A stretch of DNA of 64,000 nt, taken from an uncultured Gemmatimonadales bacterium (GTDB lineage: Bacteria > Gemmatimonadota > Gemmatimonadetes > Gemmatimonadales > GWC2-71-9). The stretch lies in the NCBI GenBank assembly GCA_963730185.1, contig CAVSQW010000007.1, positions 288,001 through 352,000 on the forward strand, written 5' to 3'. The position numbers were made by a program, and so were the translations under genes. The notes under the pieces are model-generated. The model was not told where the DNA came from. It did not search any database and saw nothing but the letters and a program-made list of their open reading frames with translations. Within the stretch, counting starts at the first letter, position 1. Every line of letters begins with the position of its first letter. Shown here piece by piece: positions 28,520-36,977 of the stretch.

Positions 28520-29419
28520 ATGCGCTTCTCCCGGCTGCTCGTGCTGCTGACCGGTCTCGCCTTGGGAGCGAGCGGATCGCTCGAGGCCCAGGTGACCCGG
28601 TCTCCGACCCGCCGCAAGTTGGCCCCTCGTTCCCTGGTGGCCACCAGCGGGAATTATCGGGTCCTGATCCTCGGGACCCACGTCGCCACCGAGACGTCGG
28701 ACGACCCGTTGCAGCGCGACGGGAAGCGGGACGAGATCTACTTCGCCGCGCTCGTCCGGCAGTTCGATCGTCGCGATCAGCGGCTGCTGTACACCGCCGT
28801 CCCCCAGACCAACGTCATGGGCGATCGCAACGGCTACTCGGCCCGGACCCAGGCCGGCTCGGCCAGCTCGATGGGCGGGATCCGCGCGGGGGACAACGTG
28901 CCGAACGTGCCCGACGTGGGGTCGCTCCAGGCGGCGCCGGTCGCCGCGGGTCTGCCGCTCCTGCTCTGGCAGGGGCAGCTCCGGGACGGGGTCGACGTGC
29001 TGGTGATCATGCCCGAGGTCTGGGAGTGGGATGGCAACCAGTACGATTTCAACCGGTGGCGGAATCAGCCGGTTCCCCCGCCCGCGGACCCCTCCATCCA
29101 GAGTCTGGTCGCCGCCCACCAGTTCGGGCCATTCCAATCGCTCGCCGGCAACTACGAGTTCGCCCTCACCCCGGCCAGCGTCGCCGGGTCGTACGATCGG
29201 CCGGTCAGGTACAGCCGGCGGCAGTCGGACATCTTCTGGCCGATCAGCGGATTGGTGCTGACGCGGGAGGCGATCGAGGCGGCCTTGAGTCCGTCCGCGG
29301 TCGGCACCGGCCGGCCGCCCGGCACGATCGAGGTGCACCTCCTGGGGGACCGCCTCTGGCCCAGCAACAATGCCGACGGTGACTACTGGCTCTACCTCCG
29401 GGTCGAAAGGGTGCCGTGA
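28520..29419 (+). CDS. Secreted hypothetical protein, paralog 2
   Basis: RBS GGAGG, signal MRFSRLLVLL...LEAQ; RDGKRDEIYF, VWEWDG, DRPV, YLRVERVP. Confidence 0.82.
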   Translation: MRFSRLLVLLTGLALGASGSLEAQVTRSPTRRKLAPRSLVATSGNYRVLILGTHVATETSDDPLQRDGKRDEIYFAALVRQFDRRDQRLLYTAVPQTNVMGDRNGYSARTQAGSASSMGGIRAGDNVPNVPDVGSLQAAPVAAGLPLLLWQGQLRDGVDVLVIMPEVWEWDGNQYDFNRWRNQPVPPPADPSIQSLVAAHQFGPFQSLAGNYEFALTPASVAGSYDRPVRYSRRQSDIFWPISGLVLTREAIEAALSPSAVGTGRPPGTIEVHLLGDRLWPSNNADGDYWLYLRVERVP

Positions 29420-30045
29420 CCATGCGCCTCCTCCGAGCACCGGCGTCGGGCCAGTACCGGATCGTCGCCGTCGGCGTCCGCGTCAGCCATCAGACCAACG
29501 ACGACTTGCTTCAGCGCGACGGCAAAGGCGACGAGGTCTACGTCGCCGCCTCGGTCCAGCACTTCGATCGCCGCTCTGGCGCCCTGATCGTGGTGCGCCC
29601 GACGGTCTGGGAGTGGGACGGTGTGCCCAAGGGCTACGACCAATGGGCGAGCCGGGTGCCCGGGCTGGCGGCCCAGACCCTCGGGAGCCCGCTGGTCCAG
29701 ACCAAGCTCGCCGCGCTGGATCTCACGGTCGCCCTCGGGGGACCGTTGGGACCGGACGTCGCCGACGCCCTCTACTCCGGGACCACCCGCCTCGTGCCGG
29801 GCGACGACCGGCCGATCGGCGTCGTCGCCTTCGTCAACAACTTTGGTAAGCCCTGGATGGGATGGCACGACCGGCTCTTCGTCGTCACCCGAGAGGCGGT
29901 CGAGCACGCGTTCAGCGCCGGCAGCTCGGTCGGCGGCCGTCTGCCGGCCACCCTCGAGCTCCCCCTCACGGAACCCGGCTCCTACGGCGCCCTGACCTAC
30001 GACGGCAGCTACACTCTCTTCCTGCGGGTGGAACGTGTCCCCTGA
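29416..30045 (+). CDS. Paralog 3: no signal peptide, internal deletion (possible pseudogene or cassette)
   Basis: RDGKGDEVY..QHFDRR joins almost directly to LIVVRPTVWEWDG; ends FLRVERVP. Confidence 0.7.
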   Translation: MTMRLLRAPASGQYRIVAVGVRVSHQTNDDLLQRDGKGDEVYVAASVQHFDRRSGALIVVRPTVWEWDGVPKGYDQWASRVPGLAAQTLGSPLVQTKLAALDLTVALGGPLGPDVADALYSGTTRLVPGDDRPIGVVAFVNNFGKPWMGWHDRLFVVTREAVEHAFSAGSSVGGRLPATLELPLTEPGSYGALTYDGSYTLFLRVERVP

Positions 30046-30049
30046 ACCC

Positions 30050-31894
30050 ATGCCTCCATCGGGCCGCCGCCACCTCGGAGCCGCCCTGCCGCTGGCCGCG
30101 TTGCTGCTGGGGTCGACGCCCGCCGCGTTGGCCGACGGCTTCGCCCCGGGCCAGCCGTGGACCACCAATCCCTACTACGGCGGGCTGGGCACCTTCTTCG
30201 CCGACGTCACCGGCGACGGCAGGGCCGACGCCATCGCCGTGAACGCCGCGGGCATCACGGTCCGCCGCTCGACCGGAGCGGCCTTTGGATCGAACGAAAC
30301 CTGGAGCGCCGCCTTCTCCGGGACTCGGGGGACCTTCTTCGCCGACGTCACCGGCGACCGTCGCGCCGACGCGATCGCGGTGAACGACGCCGGCATCACG
30401 GTGCGCCGCTCGACCGGATCCGGCTTCGGTTCCAACGAGACCTGGAGCGGTCCGTTCTCTGGAAACCGGGGGACGTACTTCGCCGACGTCACCGGTGACG
30501 GCCGGGACGACGCCATCGTGGTCAACGACGCGGGGATCACGGTCCGCCCCTCAACCGGCAGCGGCTTCGGCGCCAGTCAGACCTGGTACGGGCCGTTCTT
30601 CGGGACCCACGGGATCTCCTTCGCCGACCTGACGGCCGACGGGAAGGCGGACGCCATCGCGGTGGGCGACGCCGGCATCCAGGTGCTGTTCTCCACCGGC
30701 TCCACCTTCGGGGGGCCCCGCGGCCGACCGGCGAGCTGGAGCGATCGGTTCGTCGGCGACCGGGGGACCTTCTTCGCCGACGTTACCGGTGACCATCAGG
30801 CCGACGCGATCGGGGTCTTCACCAACGGCGCGATCCTGGTCCGGCGGGCCGTGACCTCCGGGATGGGCGGGTTCGCCGCTGCCGAGGACTGGTCCCAGTT
30901 CCCGTTCTGGGGGACCCATGGGACCGCGTTCGCCGACCTGGACGGGAACGGGGTCGCCGACGCGATCGCGGTGGGCGACGCCGGAGTGTCGGCTCGACTG
31001 GCCGGAAGCACGATTGCGGCCCGGCCCAGCCTCCGGGGTCAGATCACCCTCACCCGGCCGGCCCCCGCGCCTGCGCCGCCGCCCCCGGCCACGCCGCCAC
31101 CCCAGGGACACTACCAGGTCGGCCTGATCGGCTTCATCGCCAACCGAGCCACCTGGGACAACGCCCTCCAGCTCGACGGCAAGGGCGACGAGGTGTATGC
31201 CAGCACCGACGTCAAGGTGCTCGACCTGAACGGTGCCGCCGTGCCCGCCGGCCTCGACGTCAGCCTTCAGAGCTACGTCTACGGCGATATCAATGGGCAG
31301 ACCGCCCCGAACCGGCGCCAGGGAGGACAAGCGAGCAACCTGGGCGGCTTCGCCAACGGGTCCACGTTTCCCGCCCCACCCCACCTGGCGTGGCCGGTCC
31401 AGCTCGGAGACCCGCGCCGGATCCCGATGCTGCTTTGGTCGGGCACCCTGAGCCGGGGCCTGAACGCGGTGGTGATCACCCCGACCGTCTGGGAGTACGA
31501 CGGCTCGGCGATCGCCGGGGCCTTCACCGGATGGATCCGCTGGGCCCAGCAGACTGCCACCGGCTTCCTGGCCAACGCCCAGACCGCCAGGCAGTACATC
31601 TCCCTTCCCGATATTCCCGAGCTCGACTTCGCCTCGTTGGGCGCGGGGGTGGCGCTCAGCTTCCAAGAGTCGGTTCTCGGCACCGACGGCGACCGCCCCA
31701 TCGGAATGACGCTCGAGGCCGGTCGGGCGGTGTTCCATCCCAAGACCGTGGTGCTCACCTACGACGGCGTGGAGAAGCTCCTGGCCAACCAGATCGGCTC
31801 GTGGCCCAGGGGCACCATCCTCCTGAGCTATCGAGACGACCCCAAGTGGTGGGGCGACTACACCGTGATTCTCCGGGTCGAGCGGCTGCCGTAG
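30050..31894 (+). CDS. Secreted FG-GAP/VCBS-repeat propeller fused to paralog 4 of the same domain
   Basis: Six FADVTGDG.ADAI repeats, Pro-rich linker, then LDGKGDEVY...TPTVWEYDG...DRPIG...ILRVERLP. Confidence 0.85.
   Translation: MPPSGRRHLGAALPLAALLLGSTPAALADGFAPGQPWTTNPYYGGLGTFFADVTGDGRADAIAVNAAGITVRRSTGAAFGSNETWSAAFSGTRGTFFADVTGDRRADAIAVNDAGITVRRSTGSGFGSNETWSGPFSGNRGTYFADVTGDGRDDAIVVNDAGITVRPSTGSGFGASQTWYGPFFGTHGISFADLTADGKADAIAVGDAGIQVLFSTGSTFGGPRGRPASWSDRFVGDRGTFFADVTGDHQADAIGVFTNGAILVRRAVTSGMGGFAAAEDWSQFPFWGTHGTAFADLDGNGVADAIAVGDAGVSARLAGSTIAARPSLRGQITLTRPAPAPAPPPPATPPPQGHYQVGLIGFIANRATWDNALQLDGKGDEVYASTDVKVLDLNGAAVPAGLDVSLQSYVYGDINGQTAPNRRQGGQASNLGGFANGSTFPAPPHLAWPVQLGDPRRIPMLLWSGTLSRGLNAVVITPTVWEYDGSAIAGAFTGWIRWAQQTATGFLANAQTARQYISLPDIPELDFASLGAGVALSFQESVLGTDGDRPIGMTLEAGRAVFHPKTVVLTYDGVEKLLANQIGSWPRGTILLSYRDDPKWWGDYTVILRVERLP
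30194..30990 (+). repeat. Six intragenic FG-GAP coding repeats
   Basis: TTCGCCGAC cores with unit starts near 30194, 30335, 30476, 30617, 30770, 30926 (spacing 141, 141, 141, 153, 156 nt, all in frame). Confidence 0.85.
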
Positions 31895-31933
31895 CCCGGG
31901 CGACGAACCCCTGACTCTACTGGAGGTGAAGAC

Positions 31934-32500
31934 ATGTCCACCCTGCTGCGCTGGACCACCCCGCTGATCGTCGGCCTCGTCGCCGCGCCATGCCTCACGG
32001 CGCAGATCCGGGCGCCGGTCAAGAGCCCGACCCTGACCACCAGGACGCTCACCCCAATCGCCACCACCAGCCTGGAGGCGGTCGGCGGGAGCGGTCTTCT
32101 CGGCAACGTGGTCATCCGGACCTGGGCCGAGCAGGTCAAGGTGATGAGCGGGTCGGTGATCGGAACGACCGGATTCCTGGAGATGAGCTCGCCCGTGCCC
32201 GGCGCCGGTATCCCCGGAAGTCGCCTCCTGATTCGCTCCGAGGCGCCGGTGCCGACCGGCATCTACGCGGTGACGATCGGCTTCAACCGCGCTCGCGGGG
32301 GCGACGTGATCCAGGTCAGTGACGGCAACAACGGGCAGGTGATCGGGAGCTGTACCCTCACCCAGCAACCCAACTACAACGACGTCCAGCCCTGCGTCGT
32401 CTCGCTCACCGTCTTGAGCGGATCGCTCTTCGTCTCGGCCAGTCCGACCGTGGGCGTCCAGCTTCACCCGACCTCGATCACCGTCTCGCGGATGCGTTGA
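31934..32500 (+). CDS. Secreted hypothetical beta-sandwich protein
   Basis: RBS GGAGGTG, signal peptide ending LTAQ, two Cys in the mature part. Confidence 0.72.
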   Translation: MSTLLRWTTPLIVGLVAAPCLTAQIRAPVKSPTLTTRTLTPIATTSLEAVGGSGLLGNVVIRTWAEQVKVMSGSVIGTTGFLEMSSPVPGAGIPGSRLLIRSEAPVPTGIYAVTIGFNRARGGDVIQVSDGNNGQVIGSCTLTQQPNYNDVQPCVVSLTVLSGSLFVSASPTVGVQLHPTSITVSRMR

Positions 32501-32533
32501 CGCGACGGCGACCACGTTTTCTGGAGGTTGCTC

Positions 32534-33541
32534 ATGAAACCCGCAGTGTGGACGCTCGGTCTCGCCCTCGTGGCCGCCGTCGGTTGGACCAAAGAGGGCG
32601 TGGCGCAGAACGCGAAGACCAGCTTTGCCCCGGTCGGCACGAGGGCGACCCTCCACGTCACGATCCAGGTGACGGGAACCGGACGGGAAGGCTTCCGAAG
32701 CGGCGCCTTCGACTCGCTCCGGTGGAACGTCCGCCACACGGTGCAGTTCGAGACGACCCTGGAAGCCCTCGACCCGATCGCCGACACCTCGAGCGGCAAC
32801 CGCGCCGCGCTCGCGGCCACCGATTCCGCGGCCAAGGACGTTCTCGGCGACGATGCCGAGACGGTCCAGGAGAAGTGGGACGAGAAGATGGACGCGTGCG
32901 ACGGAAACGAGACCTGCGAGATGCGGGTCACGGCCGCCATGATGGCCGATCCCGCCTATCGCAAGCTGATTCTCAAGGTCCAGGCACGGGGCGCGGAGGT
33001 GCTCGGCCAAGCAGCGGCGATCAACGTCACCCCCCGTTACCAGATCTGGGGGTACCGGATCGGTCCCGACCTGCCGCCACCCACCGTGAAGGGCACCGCG
33101 AGCCTCGAGCGCCGCAACAAGATGTTCGGGATGGTGTCCACCGACGGCAGCCCCAAGAGCGACGGAACCAGCGGGTGGAGCCGGACCGGGCCACTCCCGC
33201 CGGATGCCATGCCCGCCCACGGCGGGCAGCTGGTCGTCGACGGGCAGACGGGCGGATATCGGATCGTCGTGCCGGCCCAGCTCGTCCTTCCAGCCGACGA
33301 ATGCTCCGGTGATGGCGATGTCTGCACGCCCACCGGGGACGAGGTCACGGTGCCGCTGATTGACGGCAAGCCCGCCCACGGTGATTACTTCGAGAGCGAT
33401 CTGGCGGCGACAGGAAAGGTCGTTTCTCGCGTCGGCCCGACAGCGAGCGGCACGCTGAGCTTCAGTCCGGTGCTCGATGGGGACGGGTCGATCAAGGTCA
33501 CGGTCGAGTGGAGCTTCCAACCGGAGGGGGCGTCCAAGTGA
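32534..33541 (+). CDS. Secreted hypothetical protein
   Basis: RBS GGAGG, signal ending VAQ, Cys pairs CDGNETC and CSGDGDVC. Confidence 0.72.
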   Translation: MKPAVWTLGLALVAAVGWTKEGVAQNAKTSFAPVGTRATLHVTIQVTGTGREGFRSGAFDSLRWNVRHTVQFETTLEALDPIADTSSGNRAALAATDSAAKDVLGDDAETVQEKWDEKMDACDGNETCEMRVTAAMMADPAYRKLILKVQARGAEVLGQAAAINVTPRYQIWGYRIGPDLPPPTVKGTASLERRNKMFGMVSTDGSPKSDGTSGWSRTGPLPPDAMPAHGGQLVVDGQTGGYRIVVPAQLVLPADECSGDGDVCTPTGDEVTVPLIDGKPAHGDYFESDLAATGKVVSRVGPTASGTLSFSPVLDGDGSIKVTVEWSFQPEGASK

Positions 33542-34089
33542 ACGTCGCACGCATACGCGGCATCCTGCTCAGCCCGAAATCCGAATGGTCCGCGATCGCC
33601 GCGGAGGAGGTCGAGGCCCGCGACCTCTGGCTGAAGTGGGTGCTGCCGCTGTCGCTGATCGGTCCGGTGGCGGGGCTGGTCGGTGGGCTCCTCTTCGGGG
33701 GCCCGCTGGCCAGTCTGACCGGGTTTCGGCTCGGGGCTCGGTATTACCTGCAGGCCGCCGTGGTTGCGGTCGTCGGGAGCCTGCTCGCGGTGGCGGTGGT
33801 CTCGGTCCTGGCGCGAGTGCTCGCGCCGAGGTTCGGAGCTCGCTGCGAGGGGACCACCGGTCTCAAGCTGGCGGCCTATTCCTTTACGGCCGCCTGGCTG
33901 GCCGGCGTATTCGGCCTGATTCCGGCGTTGGCTCCGCTATCGCTCGTCGGCCTGTACAGCCTGTACCTGCTTTACCTTGGCCTTCGGCCCCTCACCGCCG
34001 TGCCCGACGACAAGGCGGTGCCGTACGCCGCGGCGCTCATCGTCGGCGGCATGGTGGCATCGCTGGGGCTGAGCTGGCTCTTGCGGTAG
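33538..34089 (+). CDS. Yip1 family membrane protein
   Basis: RI.GILLSPKSEW..IA.E, LAPRFG, KLAAYS.TAAWLAG.F, GLYSLYLLYLGL; GTGA overlap. Confidence 0.88.
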   Translation: MNVARIRGILLSPKSEWSAIAAEEVEARDLWLKWVLPLSLIGPVAGLVGGLLFGGPLASLTGFRLGARYYLQAAVVAVVGSLLAVAVVSVLARVLAPRFGARCEGTTGLKLAAYSFTAAWLAGVFGLIPALAPLSLVGLYSLYLLYLGLRPLTAVPDDKAVPYAAALIVGGMVASLGLSWLLR

Positions 34090-34130
34090 GAGGGCGCGGC
34101 TGACGCCCTCGTCCCGACTCGAGGTGAATC

Positions 34131-34283
34131 ATGACGACGGAACAGAGCAATCTCGCGACCGTCCGGGCCTTCTTCGCGGCGATGCAGTCGGGCGGCGAGC
34201 CGGGCGCGGCCAGCGGGCGACCCGTCGCCCGGATCGCGAAGTGCGGTCTGCCCCTCGCCGCTCCGGCCGAGGCGCCGGATTAG
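34131..34283 (+). pseudogene. Truncated SnoaL/NTF2-like gene fragment
   Basis: After RBS GAGGTG reads MTTEQSNLATVRAFFAAMQSG, then loses similarity and stops at 50 aa. Confidence 0.5.
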
Positions 34284-34413
34284 CGCTGGTCAGCGTGCCA
34301 GCCTGAATGACGCGGGTGAAGAGGTAGCCTTCGTCCCCCTCGGTCTTTCCGACTTCCAAGACGGGCGGGGGCTCCAGCAACCATTGCTCCGGGGAGGAGT
34401 TAGGATGGAACAT
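34280..34413 (-). pseudogene. Fragment of a 6-bladed beta-propeller gene
   Basis: QWLLEPPPVLEVGKTEGDEGYLFTRV resembles the first blade of such proteins; no continuation. Confidence 0.4.
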
Positions 34414-34569
34414 GGCACCGCTCCGGGCCGTGGGGAAGGGGCGGCGCCCGTTGCACTTCCCTAGGCTCGGCCCGACCTTCCAGCCCTCCGATCGCGGCCT
34501 GCCGGCGTGGGACGTGGACCGCTTGGTGGAGCTCTCGAGCGGAGCGGAGCGTTCACCTGAGGAGTCTCG

Positions 34570-35313
34570 ATGACGAAGCCTACGGAAGGGTTCTCTCCAG
34601 TGACCAACGCCAGGATCGCCGGCGTCCTCTACCTCGTCATCATCGCGCTCGGGGTCACGAGCGAAGCGGTGATCCGCGGCGGGCTGGTCGTCCGGGGAGA
34701 CCCGGCGGCGACAGCGGCGAACATCCTGGGCTCGGAGGGGCTCTTCCGGCTCGGCTTCCTGGCCGACTCGATCGTCTTCCTGAGTGACGCGGCGGTCGCC
34801 GTGCTCCTCTACCTCCTGCTCCGACCCGTCAATCGGACCGTGGCGATGGTCGCCGCGGCCTTCCGGCTGACCCAGACCGCGGTGCTCGCCCTCAATCTCC
34901 TCAATCAGCACGCCGCGCTGCTCGTGCTGACCGGGCCGGACTACGCGGCCTTCGAGCCAGGCCAGCGGCAGGCGCTGGCCTACCTGATGCTCGACCGCCA
35001 CGGGCATGGCTACGACCTGGGTCTGCTCTTCTTCGGCGTGCACTGCGCCCTGCTGGGCTACCTAATCGTGAAGTCGGGGTTTCTTCCCAAGCTCGTCGGT
35101 GTTCTGCTGATGGGCGCCGCGGCGGCGTATCTGATCGGGAGCTACACCCGCTTCCTCGCCCCAGGCCTGGTGACGGCCGTCGCGCCGGTCTACGGCGTGG
35201 CCCTGGCGGCGGAGCTGGCGCTCTGCGGCTGGTTGTTGGTGAAAGGGGTGAACCTGGACCGCTGGCGGCTACTGGTGGAGCGCGGCGACTCGCCGCGGGT
35301 CCCCGAGTCCTGA
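34570..35313 (+). CDS. DUF4386 family membrane protein
   Basis: ARIAGVLYL..I, GDPAATAANI...E.LFRLG, LY.LLRPVN, GL.FFG.HC..LGYLI.KSGFLPK..G. Confidence 0.85.
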   Translation: MTKPTEGFSPVTNARIAGVLYLVIIALGVTSEAVIRGGLVVRGDPAATAANILGSEGLFRLGFLADSIVFLSDAAVAVLLYLLLRPVNRTVAMVAAAFRLTQTAVLALNLLNQHAALLVLTGPDYAAFEPGQRQALAYLMLDRHGHGYDLGLLFFGVHCALLGYLIVKSGFLPKLVGVLLMGAAAAYLIGSYTRFLAPGLVTAVAPVYGVALAAELALCGWLLVKGVNLDRWRLLVERGDSPRVPES

Positions 35314-35567
35314 CAGCCCACCCACTACCAAACACCCAGCGTGCCGAGTGTGGAGGAGTCGCCGAGCCAGGCGATGTCGCGAATCCCTGGGCGGACGGCG
35401 GACCGGTGGTGATCGCCGACTCGGTCGGAGGGCTGGCGCCGGGCCGGCTGGATACGGTTCGCGCCGAGCTCTCGATCTACCGGTGCTCGGGTTACTGAGG
35501 CGCTCGGAGGCGGCGGTGTCGCGGCACCCGGCCAGCAGAGCGCGATCGCCGGTCCGGTCGTCGCCGA

Positions 35568-36977
35568 CTAGATGCTGGCGGCCGGCAGCCGGAGCGTGAA
35601 CGACGCCCCGACGGCCACCTCGTCCAGTACCAGCGTCCCGCCATGCGCGGCCGCCATCGATCGGGCGATCGCCAGTCCCAGCCCGCTTCCCGGCACCGCG
35701 GGCGAAAACCGGGTGAACCGATCGAAGATCCGGTGCCGATGGGCCGGCGCGATGCCCGGCCCGCTGTCGTGTACCCGGGCCCACGCCAGGCTGCCGTCGG
35801 GTCGGACCTCCACCCCGGTGCTGAGCTCGATCGCCGCGCCGGGCGCGTGGAGCAGGGCGTTCCGCACCAGGACCATCAGGACCCGCTCGAGCATCGCCGG
35901 GTCGCCGATCGCGGGAGCCGCCTCGAACTCGCCCCGGCGGATCACTCGCCCCTCCGCCTCCGGGAGCTTTCGGGCCCGGGCCAGCACGCCGTTCATCACG
36001 TCGTCCAGATAGAGCTTCTTTTGTTCCGGCCGGATGGCCCGCTCGTCGCCGCGGGCGATCAGGAGCAGGTCGTTCAGCAGCTCCCCCAACCGGTCCGACT
36101 CCGCGGCGACCCGTTCCAAAGCGCTCCGGTAACCGGCCAGCTCCGCCTCACCCTGGAGGGTGACTTCGGCGTCGCTCCGGAGAATTGCCACCGGGGTTCG
36201 GAGCTCGTGGGCGGCGTCGGCCAGGAACCGGCGCTGACGCTCCGCCGTTGCGCGCTCCTCCGCCAGCGCGGCGCCCAGCCGGTCCACCAGTTGGTTGAAG
36301 GCGGCCGTGAGGGTGCCGATCTCGTCCGCCACCGGGTGGGGTGACAGGTGCTCGAACGAGGTCGCGCCCCGGGCCACCTCGGCGCCGATCCGCTCGGCCG
36401 CGGCGGCCACGCCCCCGATCGGGCGGAGCACGGCGCCCGAGCCCCAGATGCCCACGCCGGCGCCGATCAGCAGGATCAGCGGCAACGCCAGCAGCATCGT
36501 GTGCCGAAAGGTCCGGACCTGGCCGTCGAGCGGCGCGGTGCTCATCGCGATCGCGATCCTGACGTTCTCGGTCAGCGGCGTGAGCAGGACCCGGGCGCGG
36601 CCCTCGTTCAACCTGATCGTCTCGGGCCGCATCGGCGGCAGGTCGGCCGGGGCGTCGCCGAACCAGGGCTGGTCGTCGAACCGCTGACCGGTGGCCAGAC
36701 GGCGGCCGGCGCCGTCGAACGCCACCAGAGTCCGATCGCCGTAGGTGAGCTCGCCCACCACGTGTACTACGGTCGCGAGGGCGCTCCCGTGCTCCAACCG
36801 GTCGTGCTCGAAGAGTGATGCGGCCGCATGCCCCGCGTCGTGAAGCCCATCGTCGAAGTGGGCCCGATAGCCGTGGGCCAGGAACAGATAGAGGCCCAGG
36901 GCGCCGAGGCCGAGGAGCACGGCGAACCCCGCCGTGAAGACGAGGGCCAGCCGGAGCCGGAGGGTGAGGCCCGTCAC
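35568..36977 (-). CDS. HAMP-domain sensor histidine kinase (CusS/CzcS-like)
   Basis: Two TMs, DEIGTL..AFN, FLADAAHELRTP, DSGPGI, GSGLGLAIA. Confidence 0.92.
   Translation of the reverse strand: MTGLTLRLRLALVFTAGFAVLLGLGALGLYLFLAHGYRAHFDDGLHDAGHAAASLFEHDRLEHGSALATVVHVVGELTYGDRTLVAFDGAGRRLATGQRFDDQPWFGDAPADLPPMRPETIRLNEGRARVLLTPLTENVRIAIAMSTAPLDGQVRTFRHTMLLALPLILLIGAGVGIWGSGAVLRPIGGVAAAAERIGAEVARGATSFEHLSPHPVADEIGTLTAAFNQLVDRLGAALAEERATAERQRRFLADAAHELRTPVAILRSDAEVTLQGEAELAGYRSALERVAAESDRLGELLNDLLLIARGDERAIRPEQKKLYLDDVMNGVLARARKLPEAEGRVIRRGEFEAAPAIGDPAMLERVLMVLVRNALLHAPGAAIELSTGVEVRPDGSLAWARVHDSGPGIAPAHRHRIFDRFTRFSPAVPGSGLGLAIARSMAAAHGGTLVLDEVAVGASFTLRLPAASI

Noticed and set aside
30194..30990. 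Regularly spaced DNA repeats resembling a CRISPR array
   Set aside because: Units are 141-156 nt, in frame, degenerate at third positions and encode FG-GAP blades; no cas genes are present.
27573..31894. Diversity-generating retroelement explaining paralog variation
   Set aside because: No reverse transcriptase, and no template/variable repeat pair differing only at adenines.
30551..33550. 999-aa minus-strand ORF
   Set aside because: Antisense shadow of three plus-strand genes with RBSs and signal peptides; typical of high-GC DNA.
35370..35500. Possible C-terminal gene fragment (DSVGGLAPGRLDTVRAELSIYRCSGY*)
   Set aside because: Too short and lacks a start or diagnostic motif, so it cannot be supported without a search.
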